From positions 7,877 to 71,876 of the forward strand of contig JAFLSM010000003.1 in assembly GCA_022510955.1 (NCBI GenBank): 64,000 nucleotides of DNA, given 5' to 3'. Position 1 is the stretch's first letter, and each line of letters starts with the position of its first letter. Below, one piece after another: positions 18,161 through 28,403 of this stretch. Position numbers and translations under genes: made by a program. The notes under the pieces were generated by a model, which saw only the letters and a program-made list of their open reading frames with translations, was not told where the DNA came from and searched no databases. This stretch comes from Ruminococcus sp. Lineage in GTDB: Bacteria > Bacillota > Clostridia > Oscillospirales > Acutalibacteraceae.

Positions 18161-19786
18161 TTACTCTGCTGACTTCAAAATTACTGTTGAAATTGCAGGC
18201 AATGTAAGTGTACCGTCAGAATTAAGGACAATATGTTCATCGGTTGATGATGTCACAAGGTCTGCCCTAACCTCTGCTTTTTCAAGCATATCGCTTGTAA
18301 TTGTAAGCTCCTTGCTGTCTGTCTTATTAAAATTGTGGATAATCAGCAGTTTTGAGCCCTCATATTCAACATAATATGCGCCGATATTACTGTCATCAAA
18401 ATCAACAGTATCGGTAATTTTACCACGGGCAATCTCAGGATTTTGATTTTTCACCTTAATAATACGCTGGTAAAATTTGAGTAGTGAATCATCATTTGCC
18501 AGTTGTTGCTCAACACCGCCGTCCTCCGGAGCAGACTGTTCAATATCTCTGCCGTTAACATTGATATCCGGCAAATTATTGCTGTCCCAAATCATTCCTG
18601 TACGATAATAAGCATCACTTGTTGTGTCTGGTGCAGTCATACCAATTTCTTCGCCGTAATAGGTGAATGAATTACCAGGTACAAGCATATACACGGATGC
18701 AGCAAATTTTTCAAAGCTTGTTCCGTATGAGCTAAGTGAATTAGCCGCTCTTATTTGGTCATGGTTTGAAAGGAACATTGCATTAATGAATTTTTCATTA
18801 GCTTTTGTCATCTTTTCATCATAGCTTTTGAACTTTTTAACCGTGCTTTCACCCTTTTGTGTAAGCATATTTTGGATTATTGTACCTGACGCCTGTGCAA
18901 ACTTAAAAGAAAACAAGCTGTCAATGCCTGATTTGTAGTTTTCTTCAAGATACAAATCATCTTCCCAGTCCTCGCCTACCATATATACATCAGGCTTAAT
19001 CTCCTGACATGTTTCATAAAACCACTTTAAGAATTCAGTACCGTCAGTTGACTTGTTAGTGTAATATTTTACAGCGTCAAGTCTAAAACCGTCAACTCCT
19101 CGATCAAGCCAGAACTTAGCAATATTTGTAAACTCTTCACGAGTTTTTTCAGAATTAAGATTCCACTCCGGCATATCATGTGAGAAGTTAGCCTCACATA
19201 CATAGTCGTTTCCAAGAGCGTTCACCTGAACATCAGAAGAAAAATAATCTGACTTATGGATTTCAAAGTACTCGGCCGCACCATCAAGCTTACCCTCTGA
19301 TACTTCCTCAACAGCCTGCAAATAAAGCGGATTTCGTGATGAAATATGGTTGAGCACAAGGTCAATAATCACATTGATTCCACGCTTGTGACACTCCTCA
19401 AGCAACTTGTCAAAATCCTCAAGTGTTCCAAAATCTTCATCTATGTCGTAATAGTCGTCAACATCATACTTGTGGTATGATGTTGACGGCATAATCGGCG
19501 TAAGCCAAATTCCGTCTATACCAAGGTCATCACCCGAATTCGGGTCACCGTCATTTAGATAATCAAGTTTTGAAATAATACCGGGAATGTCACCGATTGT
19601 GTCGCCGTCGGAATCGCAGAAAGAATTGACAAAAATCTGATAGTAATTGCGATATTTGTCACTTGACTGCACAGCTTCAATTCCTTCGATAGGGTCATCC
19701 TTCGGCGATTTTTTTGAGCCGCATCCTGCAAGCACACAGCTTGAGGCAATCAAAAGTGATAATAAAATAGAAATTGTTTTTTTCAT
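18161..19786 (-). CDS. GH13 alpha-amylase-family lipoprotein
   Basis: Lipobox VLAGC; GH13 regions DLVLNH, GFRLDAVKY, VGEDW, FLSNHD, YYGEEIGM. Confidence 0.92.
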   Translation of the reverse strand: MKKTISILLSLLIASSCVLAGCGSKKSPKDDPIEGIEAVQSSDKYRNYYQIFVNSFCDSDGDTIGDIPGIISKLDYLNDGDPNSGDDLGIDGIWLTPIMPSTSYHKYDVDDYYDIDEDFGTLEDFDKLLEECHKRGINVIIDLVLNHISSRNPLYLQAVEEVSEGKLDGAAEYFEIHKSDYFSSDVQVNALGNDYVCEANFSHDMPEWNLNSEKTREEFTNIAKFWLDRGVDGFRLDAVKYYTNKSTDGTEFLKWFYETCQEIKPDVYMVGEDWEDDLYLEENYKSGIDSLFSFKFAQASGTIIQNMLTQKGESTVKKFKSYDEKMTKANEKFINAMFLSNHDQIRAANSLSSYGTSFEKFAASVYMLVPGNSFTYYGEEIGMTAPDTTSDAYYRTGMIWDSNNLPDINVNGRDIEQSAPEDGGVEQQLANDDSLLKFYQRIIKVKNQNPEIARGKITDTVDFDDSNIGAYYVEYEGSKLLIIHNFNKTDSKELTITSDMLEKAEVRADLVTSSTDEHIVLNSDGTLTLPAISTVILKSAE

Positions 19787-19972
19787 ATCAATATTTCCTT
19801 TTTATAATTTGTAATGCTAATCTCTAATAAAATACAGATATTTTGGGAGCATACAGCTTTAAAACTGTAGTTATGCTACGCGTGGCCAGTCCATTTTTAA
19901 ATTTACGCATCTTAAGGGTTATATATAAAGCGGATAATTTTATACACCTTTTAATCAATATTAGTATAAAAA

Positions 19973-19998
19973 GGGTGGCAATCCAAAAGATGCCACCC
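19973..19998 (-). terminator. Hairpin/terminator after malG
   Basis: GGGTGGCA-N10-TGCCACCC plus TTTTT on the minus strand. Confidence 0.75.
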
Positions 19999-20010
19999 GA
20001 AAATATTATA

Positions 20011-20874
20011 TTAGCCTTTTACAGCACCGCCGGTTACACCCTCAACATAATATCTTTGAAGAATTAGGAAGAGAATTGAGATTGGCACAGCTACTACAAC
20101 AGAACCAGCAAGGAACTGCTTATAGTATGTATTCTTATACTGATGATCAGTCATTAACTGAAGACCAATCGCAACTGTATAGTTATCACGGCTATCCAAC
20201 ATAATAATCTTGGCAAGAATAAAGTCTGTCCAAGGACCTATGAAGGCAGTGAGAATCGTATAAACTACAATAGGCTTTGACATTGGAAGAATAATTCTCC
20301 AGAATATCTGATTTCTTGTAGCACCGTCAATGGTTGCAGCCTCGTCAAGTGCACGAGGAACTGTATCAAAAAAGCCTTTTGAAATCTGGAAGCCTAAGCC
20401 GGCACCGCAACTATAGCAAATTACAAGAGCAAGAAGTGTCTGTGTAAGACCCATAGCCTTTAAGAGATAGTAAATAGCAATCATTGTCATAAATCCTGGG
20501 AACATACCGAGGATCATACCAACATTCATAAGCTTTTTACGAGCCTTAAATCTGAGTCGGCTAAATGCGTAGCTAACCATAAGTACTGAAATTGTAGAAA
20601 TAATACAGCTAAAGATAGCTACAACAAATGTGTTCATAAACCATCTTGGGAAATTGAGCTGCGCAGTACCGCCGCCTCCTGTGAACAAGTCAATATAGTT
20701 CTGAATTGTCCATTCGCGAGGAATAAGGTATGCTACAGTAGTTACACCCTCTGCACGGAAGGAGTGCAGAACAAGATAAACAAACGGAGAAATCCAAATA
20801 ATTCCGAGAACTGCAAGCAAAAGATAAATGAAACCGTTCGCAAGAAGTCTTCTTAATTTATAGCTTTTTATCAT
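20011..20874 (-). CDS. malG: Maltose/maltodextrin ABC permease (MalG type)
   Basis: EAA motif LDEAATIDGATRNQIFWRIILP; C-terminal GVTGGAVKG. Confidence 0.85.
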   Translation of the reverse strand: MIKSYKLRRLLANGFIYLLLAVLGIIWISPFVYLVLHSFRAEGVTTVAYLIPREWTIQNYIDLFTGGGGTAQLNFPRWFMNTFVVAIFSCIISTISVLMVSYAFSRLRFKARKKLMNVGMILGMFPGFMTMIAIYYLLKAMGLTQTLLALVICYSCGAGLGFQISKGFFDTVPRALDEAATIDGATRNQIFWRIILPMSKPIVVYTILTAFIGPWTDFILAKIIMLDSRDNYTVAIGLQLMTDHQYKNTYYKQFLAGSVVVAVPISILFLILQRYYVEGVTGGAVKG

Positions 20875-22367
20875 GAGAACGCCTCCTCATCTTTCATTGA
20901 CTTAGAATTGTTATATACAATCAATGACAGTGTAGCGCAAACGATAAATACAAGAATACCAATCGCTGCAGCCAGGTTGTAGTCCTGAGAACTCATTGTC
21001 AACTTAAACAACCAGGTTACAAGAATATCAGTATAGCCTGCCTGATAGAACTTCTCTGTTGTAGGACCGCCGTTTGTCAAAAGGTAGATAACGTTGAAGT
21101 TGTTGATGTTACCAACAAACTGTGTAATAAGCTGAGGAGTTGTTACAAACAGCATATATGGAAGTGTGATGCTTGCAAATGTTCTCATTGGACCGGCACC
21201 GTCAATACGGGCAGATTCATACAAATCCTCAGGAATATTCATCAGAATACCTGACATTGAAAGAATGGTATACGGAATACCAACCCAACAGTTAATAATA
21301 ATTACTGTTGTTCTTGCTATCAAAGGAGTACTGTTAAGGAACTGAATTTGCGGATTACCACCCATAAAGTATCCGAGTAAAATGTTCAAAGCACCGTCAG
21401 TCTGAAGAATCTGATTCATAACAAGAAGTGATACAAACTGAGGAACAGCAATAGCAAGAACAAAAAGTGTTCTCCAAAGTGACTTAAATTTAATGCCCTT
21501 TTTGTTAATCATAAGAGCAACAATCATACCGAGGATGTAGTTTGTAAATGTAGCAAACACAGCCCAGATAAGTGTCCACTTTGTAAGTTCGACAAATGTT
21601 GTAGCCTTGAGCGAACCGCCGAAAACATCAAGAACCGAACCAAAGTTTTTAAATCCGCACCAAGTGAAAAGGTTTGCAGGAGGCATATTTATCTTATCGT
21701 AAGTAGTGAATGCAATAAGAATCATAAATATGAGAGGCAAAATATTGAAAATGCCAATCATCAATGTTGGGAAAGACAAAAGAGTAATGTGGTATTTACC
21801 GTCAAGAAAATCTTTGACATCCTCTTTGAGAGTTGACGGCTTTTTGCCTTCATTTTTCATCTGCTGATGTCTGTAAGCATCTTTAATATTAGAAATATAA
21901 ATTGCAAGAACAATAAAAGTAATTACAATAGTAAGAACCGAATAAAGCAAAATAAGCATTGAGTTGTCACCAAGCACTGTTTTTGGTGCACGACCAACAT
22001 ACTCAACATGTGATTTTACTGTACCCAGTGTAGTAAACTTAGAAATATATGTCCAACCGAAGAACATCATAAATAATATGTATAAAACTTCAGTTAAAAA
22101 GTATAAAATACCCTTATAATACTTTCCCTTGGACAAATCACCCACACCAAAAATGATATAGGAAAGTTTTGTAGCCCAATCACCTTTTACAAAAGTAACG
22201 CCATAGTTTTTGAAACCTTTACCAATGCCCACAAAAAACTTGACAATAGCCATACCGATTGCTTTAAAAAAGTTTGCAATCGCCTTTGGAGCACTTTTTA
22301 CGGTCTTACTGAAATTATAGGCAAATCTTTGAAAAGGATTAAGCTGTTTGTATTCCACAAATGTCAT
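20871..22367 (-). CDS. malF: Maltose/maltodextrin ABC permease (MalF/MalC type)
   Basis: LYESARIDGAG, GNINNFNVIYLLTNGGP, TDILVTWLFKLT. Confidence 0.85.
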   Translation of the reverse strand: MTFVEYKQLNPFQRFAYNFSKTVKSAPKAIANFFKAIGMAIVKFFVGIGKGFKNYGVTFVKGDWATKLSYIIFGVGDLSKGKYYKGILYFLTEVLYILFMMFFGWTYISKFTTLGTVKSHVEYVGRAPKTVLGDNSMLILLYSVLTIVITFIVLAIYISNIKDAYRHQQMKNEGKKPSTLKEDVKDFLDGKYHITLLSFPTLMIGIFNILPLIFMILIAFTTYDKINMPPANLFTWCGFKNFGSVLDVFGGSLKATTFVELTKWTLIWAVFATFTNYILGMIVALMINKKGIKFKSLWRTLFVLAIAVPQFVSLLVMNQILQTDGALNILLGYFMGGNPQIQFLNSTPLIARTTVIIINCWVGIPYTILSMSGILMNIPEDLYESARIDGAGPMRTFASITLPYMLFVTTPQLITQFVGNINNFNVIYLLTNGGPTTEKFYQAGYTDILVTWLFKLTMSSQDYNLAAAIGILVFIVCATLSLIVYNNSKSMKDEEAFS

Positions 22368-22542
22368 AATAGCTCTCCTTAAATAGTTTGCAAAAAATCT
22401 TCTTAAATCTTCATTCAGTGTACACTAAACTAATAATATCTTTTGCGTAATCCGTTTTGTAAACAATAAAACATTATTCGTTTGGTGTATCATACTGAAA
22501 ATGTTTGTCATAAATACGAAAACCGCAAAATTATTTTTGAGA

Positions 22543-22570
22543 TGGGGCATCTTAAGGAAAAGATGCCCCA
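22543..22570 (-). terminator. Stem-loop between malE and malF (partial terminator/mRNA stabiliser)
   Basis: TGGGGCATCTT-N6-AAGATGCCCCA. Confidence 0.7.
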
Positions 22571-22610
22571 CCGATTAATTAATTATTAAATAACATTTTA
22601 CAGATGATAA

Positions 22611-23927
22611 TTATTCATCCTTGATGTTATTAACAGTAGCAGTGAGCAAATCCTTTGTCTTATCTGTATTTGTAGGATCCCAATCATCATTAATAATCTG
22701 GTTACCGAGGTTAGCCATTGGATCCCAGAATGTGCTTGTGATGTGAACCTGTGCAACAGAGTTCTTAGACTGATCAACACTAGCTGTAAGAGCTGCTGAA
22801 TTCTTAACTACATCTTCTTCAGAAACAGTTGTGTTTGTTGGACCCCACTGAATCTCTTCAGCTCTCTGTCTCTGGCAGCTTTCACCTGTGAGGTAAAGTG
22901 CAAGAGCAGCTGATGTGAGAGGATACTTTGTTGTTGACTTAACGCCGAGAGCCTTGTAACCGTACATTGAAATCATAGCCTTGTCTTCGCCGTTAACATT
23001 GATTGTAGGAAGCTTAGCAGCACCGAAGTTATCGCCGAGCTTAGCAGAGTCGGACTCAATATCCCAAACACCGTCAATACCTGCGCCGCATGAACCATCA
23101 GCAAAACCTGAAGCAATCTTATCTACTGAAAGTGAAGTAAATGTGCCCTTGTAGTCCTTAATGAGCTGAGCAAATGCCTGAAGTGTAGCAACTGCTGTGT
23201 CTTCATCATAATCTACAAAGTTCTGAACTGTCTGCTCTTCGTCAGCATAACCGTCAATTGTTACACCGCCTGTGAATGTGAAGATACATGAATAGTAGCC
23301 GTTACCTGCGTCCATGATGAATCTCTTGTCTGCAGCCTTACAAGCAGCAAGAACATCCTCGAACTTCTGAGCCTGCTCATCGCTTACAACTGACTTATCA
23401 TATACAAGGAAATAGCCGTTTGTTGTTTCAGGATAGTAATAAAGCTTGCCGTCAACTGTACCTGCTTTAACTGACTCTTCAGTATTCATAGCAATTACAT
23501 TTTCAGCATAAGCACATTCTGAAATAACGCCTGAGTTGATAAGGTTGTCAAGCTGGTCACTTGCAAAACCGAATACGTCTGCAGCAGCGTCAACATCAGA
23601 CTGAGCCTGTGTAGCAGCGTCATTTTCGCCCTGTGCTACTACACTGATTGAGATGTTCTTGTCAGCATAATGCTCAGCAAATGCATCACACATCTTCTGA
23701 GTAATGCTTACTGCTGCGTCAGGAGCCCAAACCTTAATTGATGCATCCTGCTCATCGCCAAGCTCTGCTGCATCAACAAAACCGTCTGCGTCAAGCTCTG
23801 CAAGACCTGCACCTGAACCATTTGTTTCGTTGTTTGATGGCTCATTACTTGACTGACCGTCACCGCAACCGGCAAGAGCTGTTGCTGTCATCATGCCTGC
23901 TAATAAAATAGCAAGAATCTTTTTCAT
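22611..23927 (-). CDS. malE: Maltodextrin-binding lipoprotein of the ABC transporter
   Basis: Lipobox ALAGC; SBP family 1 features (ADVFGFASDQL, FGAAKLPTI); first gene of the malEFG run. Confidence 0.82.
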   Translation of the reverse strand: MKKILAILLAGMMTATALAGCGDGQSSNEPSNNETNGSGAGLAELDADGFVDAAELGDEQDASIKVWAPDAAVSITQKMCDAFAEHYADKNISISVVAQGENDAATQAQSDVDAAADVFGFASDQLDNLINSGVISECAYAENVIAMNTEESVKAGTVDGKLYYYPETTNGYFLVYDKSVVSDEQAQKFEDVLAACKAADKRFIMDAGNGYYSCIFTFTGGVTIDGYADEEQTVQNFVDYDEDTAVATLQAFAQLIKDYKGTFTSLSVDKIASGFADGSCGAGIDGVWDIESDSAKLGDNFGAAKLPTINVNGEDKAMISMYGYKALGVKSTTKYPLTSAALALYLTGESCQRQRAEEIQWGPTNTTVSEEDVVKNSAALTASVDQSKNSVAQVHITSTFWDPMANLGNQIINDDWDPTNTDKTKDLLTATVNNIKDE

Positions 23928-24011
23928 TTGAAAATCCCTCTTTCAATATAAATATTTGTATTCCCTTTAGGACATCTATGGAATTGTCCCCTTAATCTGC
24001 AATCTGCACAA

Positions 24012-24026
24012 TGTTAAACCTTAACA
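24012..24026. promoter_or_regulatory. Perfect dyad upstream of malE, candidate LacI-family operator
   Basis: TGTTAA-ACC-TTAACA, with a related GTAAACCGTAAG just beside it; the regulator assignment is inference. Confidence 0.45.
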
Positions 24027-24551
24027 CATAAGTAAACCGTAAGATTGAAACAAGACATATTGCACAAATAAGGATTACTTCCACTACATAAATAATATCA
24101 AAAAACCAAATAAATTTCAACTACCTTTGTACTTTTTATCTAAGGTAATAAATTAATTAAATTTTTTTGGTAATTTTAACTAATAATTATTTTTCTTTTG
24201 ATTTTATTCCCAAAAAATACCACTATTTTTTGTGCATTTTTAATATATCTATTTTGTGCATATTACCTAATCATATTCTTGACAACTATAAACATTTGAC
24301 ATTTCTATGTCTCTACATTCCAAAAAAAGTCTTAAAATCTGAATTTAAAGTCTATATAAACTCAAAAAATTTAGTGAATTTTTACTAATAAATATAAAAT
24401 CACCATAATTTATCATTTTTTTCGTGTGTAAAGTTGTAATATTCAAATATAATTGTTATAATCATAATAACATATATATAACTATCACCGCTGTTTAATA
24501 CAGCATCAATACATATATTATTATTGAAACTTATTGAAACGGAGTGTTTTT

Positions 24552-26012
24552 ATGAAACTCAATGACCTGCTTAAAAATATCAATTATACTGTCGTTAATG
24601 ACGGCAATCCGGAAATCAACGATGTCATTTATGATTCACGAAAGGTATCTGAAAATGATGTTTTTGTCTGCCTGAAGGGCTACACTTCTGATGGTCACAA
24701 ATACGCTGAGTCAGCTATTGAGAAAGGTGCTACTGCACTTGTTATCAGCGATGACCTTGATATTACTATCCCCGAAAATGTAGCGGTTATTAAAACTGAC
24801 GATACACGACTTGCTCTTGCACTTATGAGCATTGAATACTTCGGAAGACCTGCCGAAGAGTTAAAGACTATTGCTATCACAGGCACCAAAGGCAAAACCA
24901 CTACTACAGCAATGATTGCGGAAATTTTTGAGCAGGCCGGCATAAAAACAGGCACAATCGGCACTCTTGGCGTTGTATACGGTGGCAACACTTACAAAAC
25001 AAATAACACAACTCCCGAATCCTACGAAATCCAAAAGGCTATGCGTAATATGATTAAAGCAGGCTGCAAGGCTATGGTTATTGAGGCATCTTCAATCGGA
25101 CTTAAGCACAATCGCCTTGCCGGAATTACATTTGATGTCGGAGTATTTACCAACTTCTCAGATGACCACATAGGCGGAGTTGAACATAAGGATATGGCAG
25201 AATATCTGTATTGCAAAAGTCTTCTTTTCCGTCAATGCAAAAATGCTGCCGCAAATATTGACGATCCGAGCTGGAATGCAATCACAAAGGACGCAAAAAG
25301 CGTTTTGACCTTTGGTTTTTCAAATGACGCAGAGCTTCGTGCTGAAAACGATTATTTGCTGTCTGATAACGGCTTTATCGGCGTTCACTTTGACGCAAAG
25401 GGTCTTAAAGAGCTTTCGCTTGATGTCGGCACACCGGGCAAATTCAATGTCTATAATGCCCTTTCTGCCATTGCCGCAGTTTCATTTTTTGATGTTCCCG
25501 AAAAAGCTATAATTGACGGACTGAGAGTTGCAAAAGTCAAAGGCAGAGTTGAACCTGTCAAGATTTCTGACAAATTCACTTTACTGATTGACTACGCTCA
25601 CAATGCACTTTCAATGGAAAATGTACTGACAACTTTAAGACAATACAATCCAAACCGTCTTATTACAATGTTTGGCGCTGGAGGCAATCGTCCAAAAGTT
25701 CGCCGTTACGAAATGGGCGAAACTTCGGGCAGACTTTCTGATCTTTCTGTAATCACCGAGGACAACTCACGATTTGAAGATGTTATGGATATCATTGAGG
25801 ACATCAAAATCGGAATAAATAAGACTGACGGCAAATATGTGGTTGTACCAAACCGCAAGGACGCAATCAGATACTGCATAAATAATGCCGAAGATGGCGA
25901 CATTATCGTGCTTGCAGGCAAGGGGCACGAGGACTATCAGGAAATTAAGGGCGTCAAATATCATATGGATGAGCGTGAGCTTATTGCTGAAATTTTAGAG
26001 GAAAACAAATAA
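24552..26012 (+). CDS. murE: UDP-MurNAc-L-Ala-D-Glu:meso-DAP ligase
   Basis: AITGTKGKTTT, DYAHN, TEDNSR (DNPR-like), LAGKGHEDYQ. Confidence 0.96.
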   Translation: MKLNDLLKNINYTVVNDGNPEINDVIYDSRKVSENDVFVCLKGYTSDGHKYAESAIEKGATALVISDDLDITIPENVAVIKTDDTRLALALMSIEYFGRPAEELKTIAITGTKGKTTTTAMIAEIFEQAGIKTGTIGTLGVVYGGNTYKTNNTTPESYEIQKAMRNMIKAGCKAMVIEASSIGLKHNRLAGITFDVGVFTNFSDDHIGGVEHKDMAEYLYCKSLLFRQCKNAAANIDDPSWNAITKDAKSVLTFGFSNDAELRAENDYLLSDNGFIGVHFDAKGLKELSLDVGTPGKFNVYNALSAIAAVSFFDVPEKAIIDGLRVAKVKGRVEPVKISDKFTLLIDYAHNALSMENVLTTLRQYNPNRLITMFGAGGNRPKVRRYEMGETSGRLSDLSVITEDNSRFEDVMDIIEDIKIGINKTDGKYVVVPNRKDAIRYCINNAEDGDIIVLAGKGHEDYQEIKGVKYHMDERELIAEILEENK

Positions 26013-26016
26013 TACT

Positions 26017-26754
26017 ATGAAAAATGTACTTGTCACAGGCGGCACAGGCGGCATTGGATCTGCCATTGCTGTTGAATTTGCAAAAGCAGGATATAATGTT
26101 GCAATCCACACCCACAGCAAAACCGAAAAAGCACAAATCCTTGCAAATGAGCTTGAGCAGAAATACGGTGTCAAGGCGTTTGCTGTAAACGCTGATGTAA
26201 GCTGTCAGGATTCTGTTATCGAAATGTTCAATATAATAGAAACCGAATTTGGCAGAATTGATGTACTTATAAACAATGCAGGAATTGCTCAGCAAAAACT
26301 GTTTACGGACATATCCGCTGACGAATGGCATAAAATGCTCGGCGTAAATCTTGACGGAGTTTTCTTTTGCAGTAAAGAGGCACTGAAGCGATTTATGATA
26401 AAAAATCATAGCGGTGTCATCCTTAACATAAGCTCAATGTGGGGACAGGTCGGCGCCTCCTGCGAAGTACATTACAGTGCCGCCAAGGCAGGAGTTATAG
26501 GACTTACAAAGGCTCTTGCCAAAGAGGTTGGACTGTCGGGCGTGCGTATTAACTGCATTTGCCCGGGAGTTATTATGACCGATATGATGAAAAGCTTTGA
26601 CGAAGATACATTATCTGATTTAAAGGATGAAACACCGCTTAATCAGCTTGGAACCCCACAGGACATTGCCGACACTGCTGTTTTCTTATGCAGTGAAAAA
26701 GCAAAGTTTATTACAGGTCAAATTATAGGCATAAACGGCGGATTTGTTATATAA
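26017..26754 (+). CDS. SDR-family oxidoreductase (FabG/YmfI-like)
   Basis: TGGTGGIG, NNAG, SSMWGQVGASCEVHYSAAK (YxxxK). Confidence 0.88.
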   Translation: MKNVLVTGGTGGIGSAIAVEFAKAGYNVAIHTHSKTEKAQILANELEQKYGVKAFAVNADVSCQDSVIEMFNIIETEFGRIDVLINNAGIAQQKLFTDISADEWHKMLGVNLDGVFFCSKEALKRFMIKNHSGVILNISSMWGQVGASCEVHYSAAKAGVIGLTKALAKEVGLSGVRINCICPGVIMTDMMKSFDEDTLSDLKDETPLNQLGTPQDIADTAVFLCSEKAKFITGQIIGINGGFVI

Positions 26755-26819
26755 TACTTAATGATTATTTCTGAAAAATAGTCATAAGAAAAAATTTTAA
26801 AAAAATTTTGAAAAAAGTG

Positions 26820-26848
26820 TTGACAAATGACGCAAATAGTATTATAAT
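26820..26848 (+). promoter_or_regulatory. Consensus SigA promoter with A-tract UP element for the 5S gene
   Basis: TTGACA-17 bp-TATAAT preceded by phased A-tracts. Confidence 0.88.
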
Positions 26849-26883
26849 ACATATTGTTCTCGAGAGAACAACAAAAAACAACA

Positions 26884-26999
26884 GTTGGTGTTGATGACGC
26901 TGAGGGTCCACCTGTTCCCATACCGAACACAGAAGTTAAGCTCAGTGGTGCCGAAAATACTTGGCTGGAGACGGCCTGGAAAAATAGGGAGATGCCAAC
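26884..26999 (+). rRNA. rrf: 5S ribosomal RNA (stand-alone copy)
   Basis: 116 nt; terminal helix GTTGGTG/TGCCAAC; conserved CCACCTGTTCCCATACCGAACACAGAAGTTAAGCTC. Confidence 0.95.
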
Positions 27000-27008
27000 A
27001 CTCAAAGT

Positions 27009-27036
27009 GTCCACCCAGCAGGGTGGGCGTTTTTTT
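27009..27036 (+). terminator. Intrinsic terminator after 5S
   Basis: GTCCACCC-AGCA-GGGTGGGC then GTTTTTTT. Confidence 0.88.
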
Positions 27037-27072
27037 ATGCCTAAAAAATTTCAGCTTACGCATAATAGTTAT

Positions 27073-27230
27073 TTATGATGTTTACCCATCAACAGAAGTA
27101 AATCTTTGGGGTGACAGTGGTAACTTTATTACTCACTAATAAAACACTTATAAATAATTAAAAATTTTAAATAGTGAATTATGATGTTTACCATTAATCG
27201 GAAGTTTATCTTCGGGTTACAACGGTCACA
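27073..27230 (+). ncRNA. Tandem pair of a ~52-nt structured motif (candidate cis-regulatory RNA) upstream of fkbM
   Basis: Two copies (27073-27124, 27179-27230): TTATGATGTTTACC..GAAG-N5-CTTY-GGG..ACA..GGTMAC with compensatory stem changes. Confidence 0.45.
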
Positions 27231-27278
27231 TATTAAGAAAAACTTATGAAGCGTAGATAAAAAATCGGAGTAAAAAAC

Positions 27279-28346
27279 ATGACAAATATAATCTCAATTT
27301 TAAAAAATGAACAGAGTGTGTGGAAAAATCTTCAAAACAGCGAAAAACCGATTGTCCTCTACGGAATGGGCGACGGCGCTGACAAGGTACTTTCTGCATT
27401 TGAAAAATATAATATAAAAGTTAGCGGAGTAATGGCAAGCGACGACTTTGTTCGTGGTCAAAGTTTTCACGGCTTCACCGTAAAAAAAGAAAGTGTACTG
27501 GAGCAGGAGCTTGGTGACTTTACGGTTGCACTCTGCTTTGCAAGCCAGCTCTCAGAAGTTATGGACTATATCAAGTCAGTTGCAAACCGTCACAGCACTT
27601 TAGTTCCGTCTGTGCCTGTATTCGGCAATGTGTTGTTCGATGATGACTTTATCAAGCAGAATAAATCCGATATTGAAAATGCGTACAATCTGCTTGCAGA
27701 TGATTTGTCACGCAAGGTATATGAAAATGTACTGCTTTTCTATTATACAGGCAAAATTGAACTGCTCGATGAAATTACAACCGACAAGGACGAAGCTTTC
27801 AATAACATTCTAAAGTTGGGCAGCAACGAAACATATGTTGACCTCGGTGCATATAACGGAGATACGATTAACGAGTTTTTGTATTATGCAGGCAGTAATT
27901 ACCGCAAAATTATAGCCTTTGAGCCAAATGAAAAGAATTTCAGGAAATTGAGGGCTAACTGTATTGATATGCAAAACATTGATTTGTGGCAGCTTGGTGC
28001 ATATAACAAAAACACAATTCTGGAATTCAACAACAAGGCAGGAAGAAACAGTGCAATTTGCAGTAATGGCACAAAAACTCAAGTTGCCGCTGTTGACACA
28101 ATTTTATGCGGAATTGCCGCAAGCTATATAAAAGCCGATGTCGAGGGCGCTGATTTTGAAACGCTTGAGGGTATGAAAAATACGCTGAAAAATTTTAAAC
28201 CAAAGCTAAACTTTTCAGCGTATCATAGATTTGAAGATATTTTCAGACTTGCTCTGTATATTAACAAGCTTAATCCAAGCTATAAAATTTATCTGCGTCA
28301 TCATCCCTACATTCCTGCGTGGGACACAAATTTATACTGTGTTTAA
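27279..28346 (+). CDS. FkbM-family SAM-dependent methyltransferase
   Basis: YVDLGAYNGDT, IAFEPN, YIKADVEGAD, FSAYHRFED, YLRHH. Confidence 0.9.
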   Translation: MTNIISILKNEQSVWKNLQNSEKPIVLYGMGDGADKVLSAFEKYNIKVSGVMASDDFVRGQSFHGFTVKKESVLEQELGDFTVALCFASQLSEVMDYIKSVANRHSTLVPSVPVFGNVLFDDDFIKQNKSDIENAYNLLADDLSRKVYENVLLFYYTGKIELLDEITTDKDEAFNNILKLGSNETYVDLGAYNGDTINEFLYYAGSNYRKIIAFEPNEKNFRKLRANCIDMQNIDLWQLGAYNKNTILEFNNKAGRNSAICSNGTKTQVAAVDTILCGIAASYIKADVEGADFETLEGMKNTLKNFKPKLNFSAYHRFEDIFRLALYINKLNPSYKIYLRHHPYIPAWDTNLYCV

Positions 28347-28361
28347 AAAGCCTATTGTAAG

Positions 28362-28399
28362 AAACATAGCCGTTTCCCATTATCGGAACGGCTATGTTT
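28362..28399. terminator. Hairpin terminator between fkbM and the convergent islet gene
   Basis: AAACATAGCCGTT-N12-AACGGCTATGTTT. Confidence 0.75.
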
Positions 28400-28403
28400 A
28401 CTA

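Noticed and set aside
26718-27139. Several short ORFs in the track overlapping the 5S gene
   Set aside because: Shadow ORFs over a clear rRNA, promoter and terminator.
27241-27253. 13-mer AACTTATGAAGCG shared with the reverse complement of the 17753/17888 repeats
   Set aside because: A 13-nt match among AT-rich intergenic sequences is plausible by chance, and there is no flanking similarity.
28320-28346. Chromosomal dif/Xer site
   Set aside because: Only partial resemblance of one arm to XerD sites; the repeat is simply the 3' end of fkbM coding sequence.
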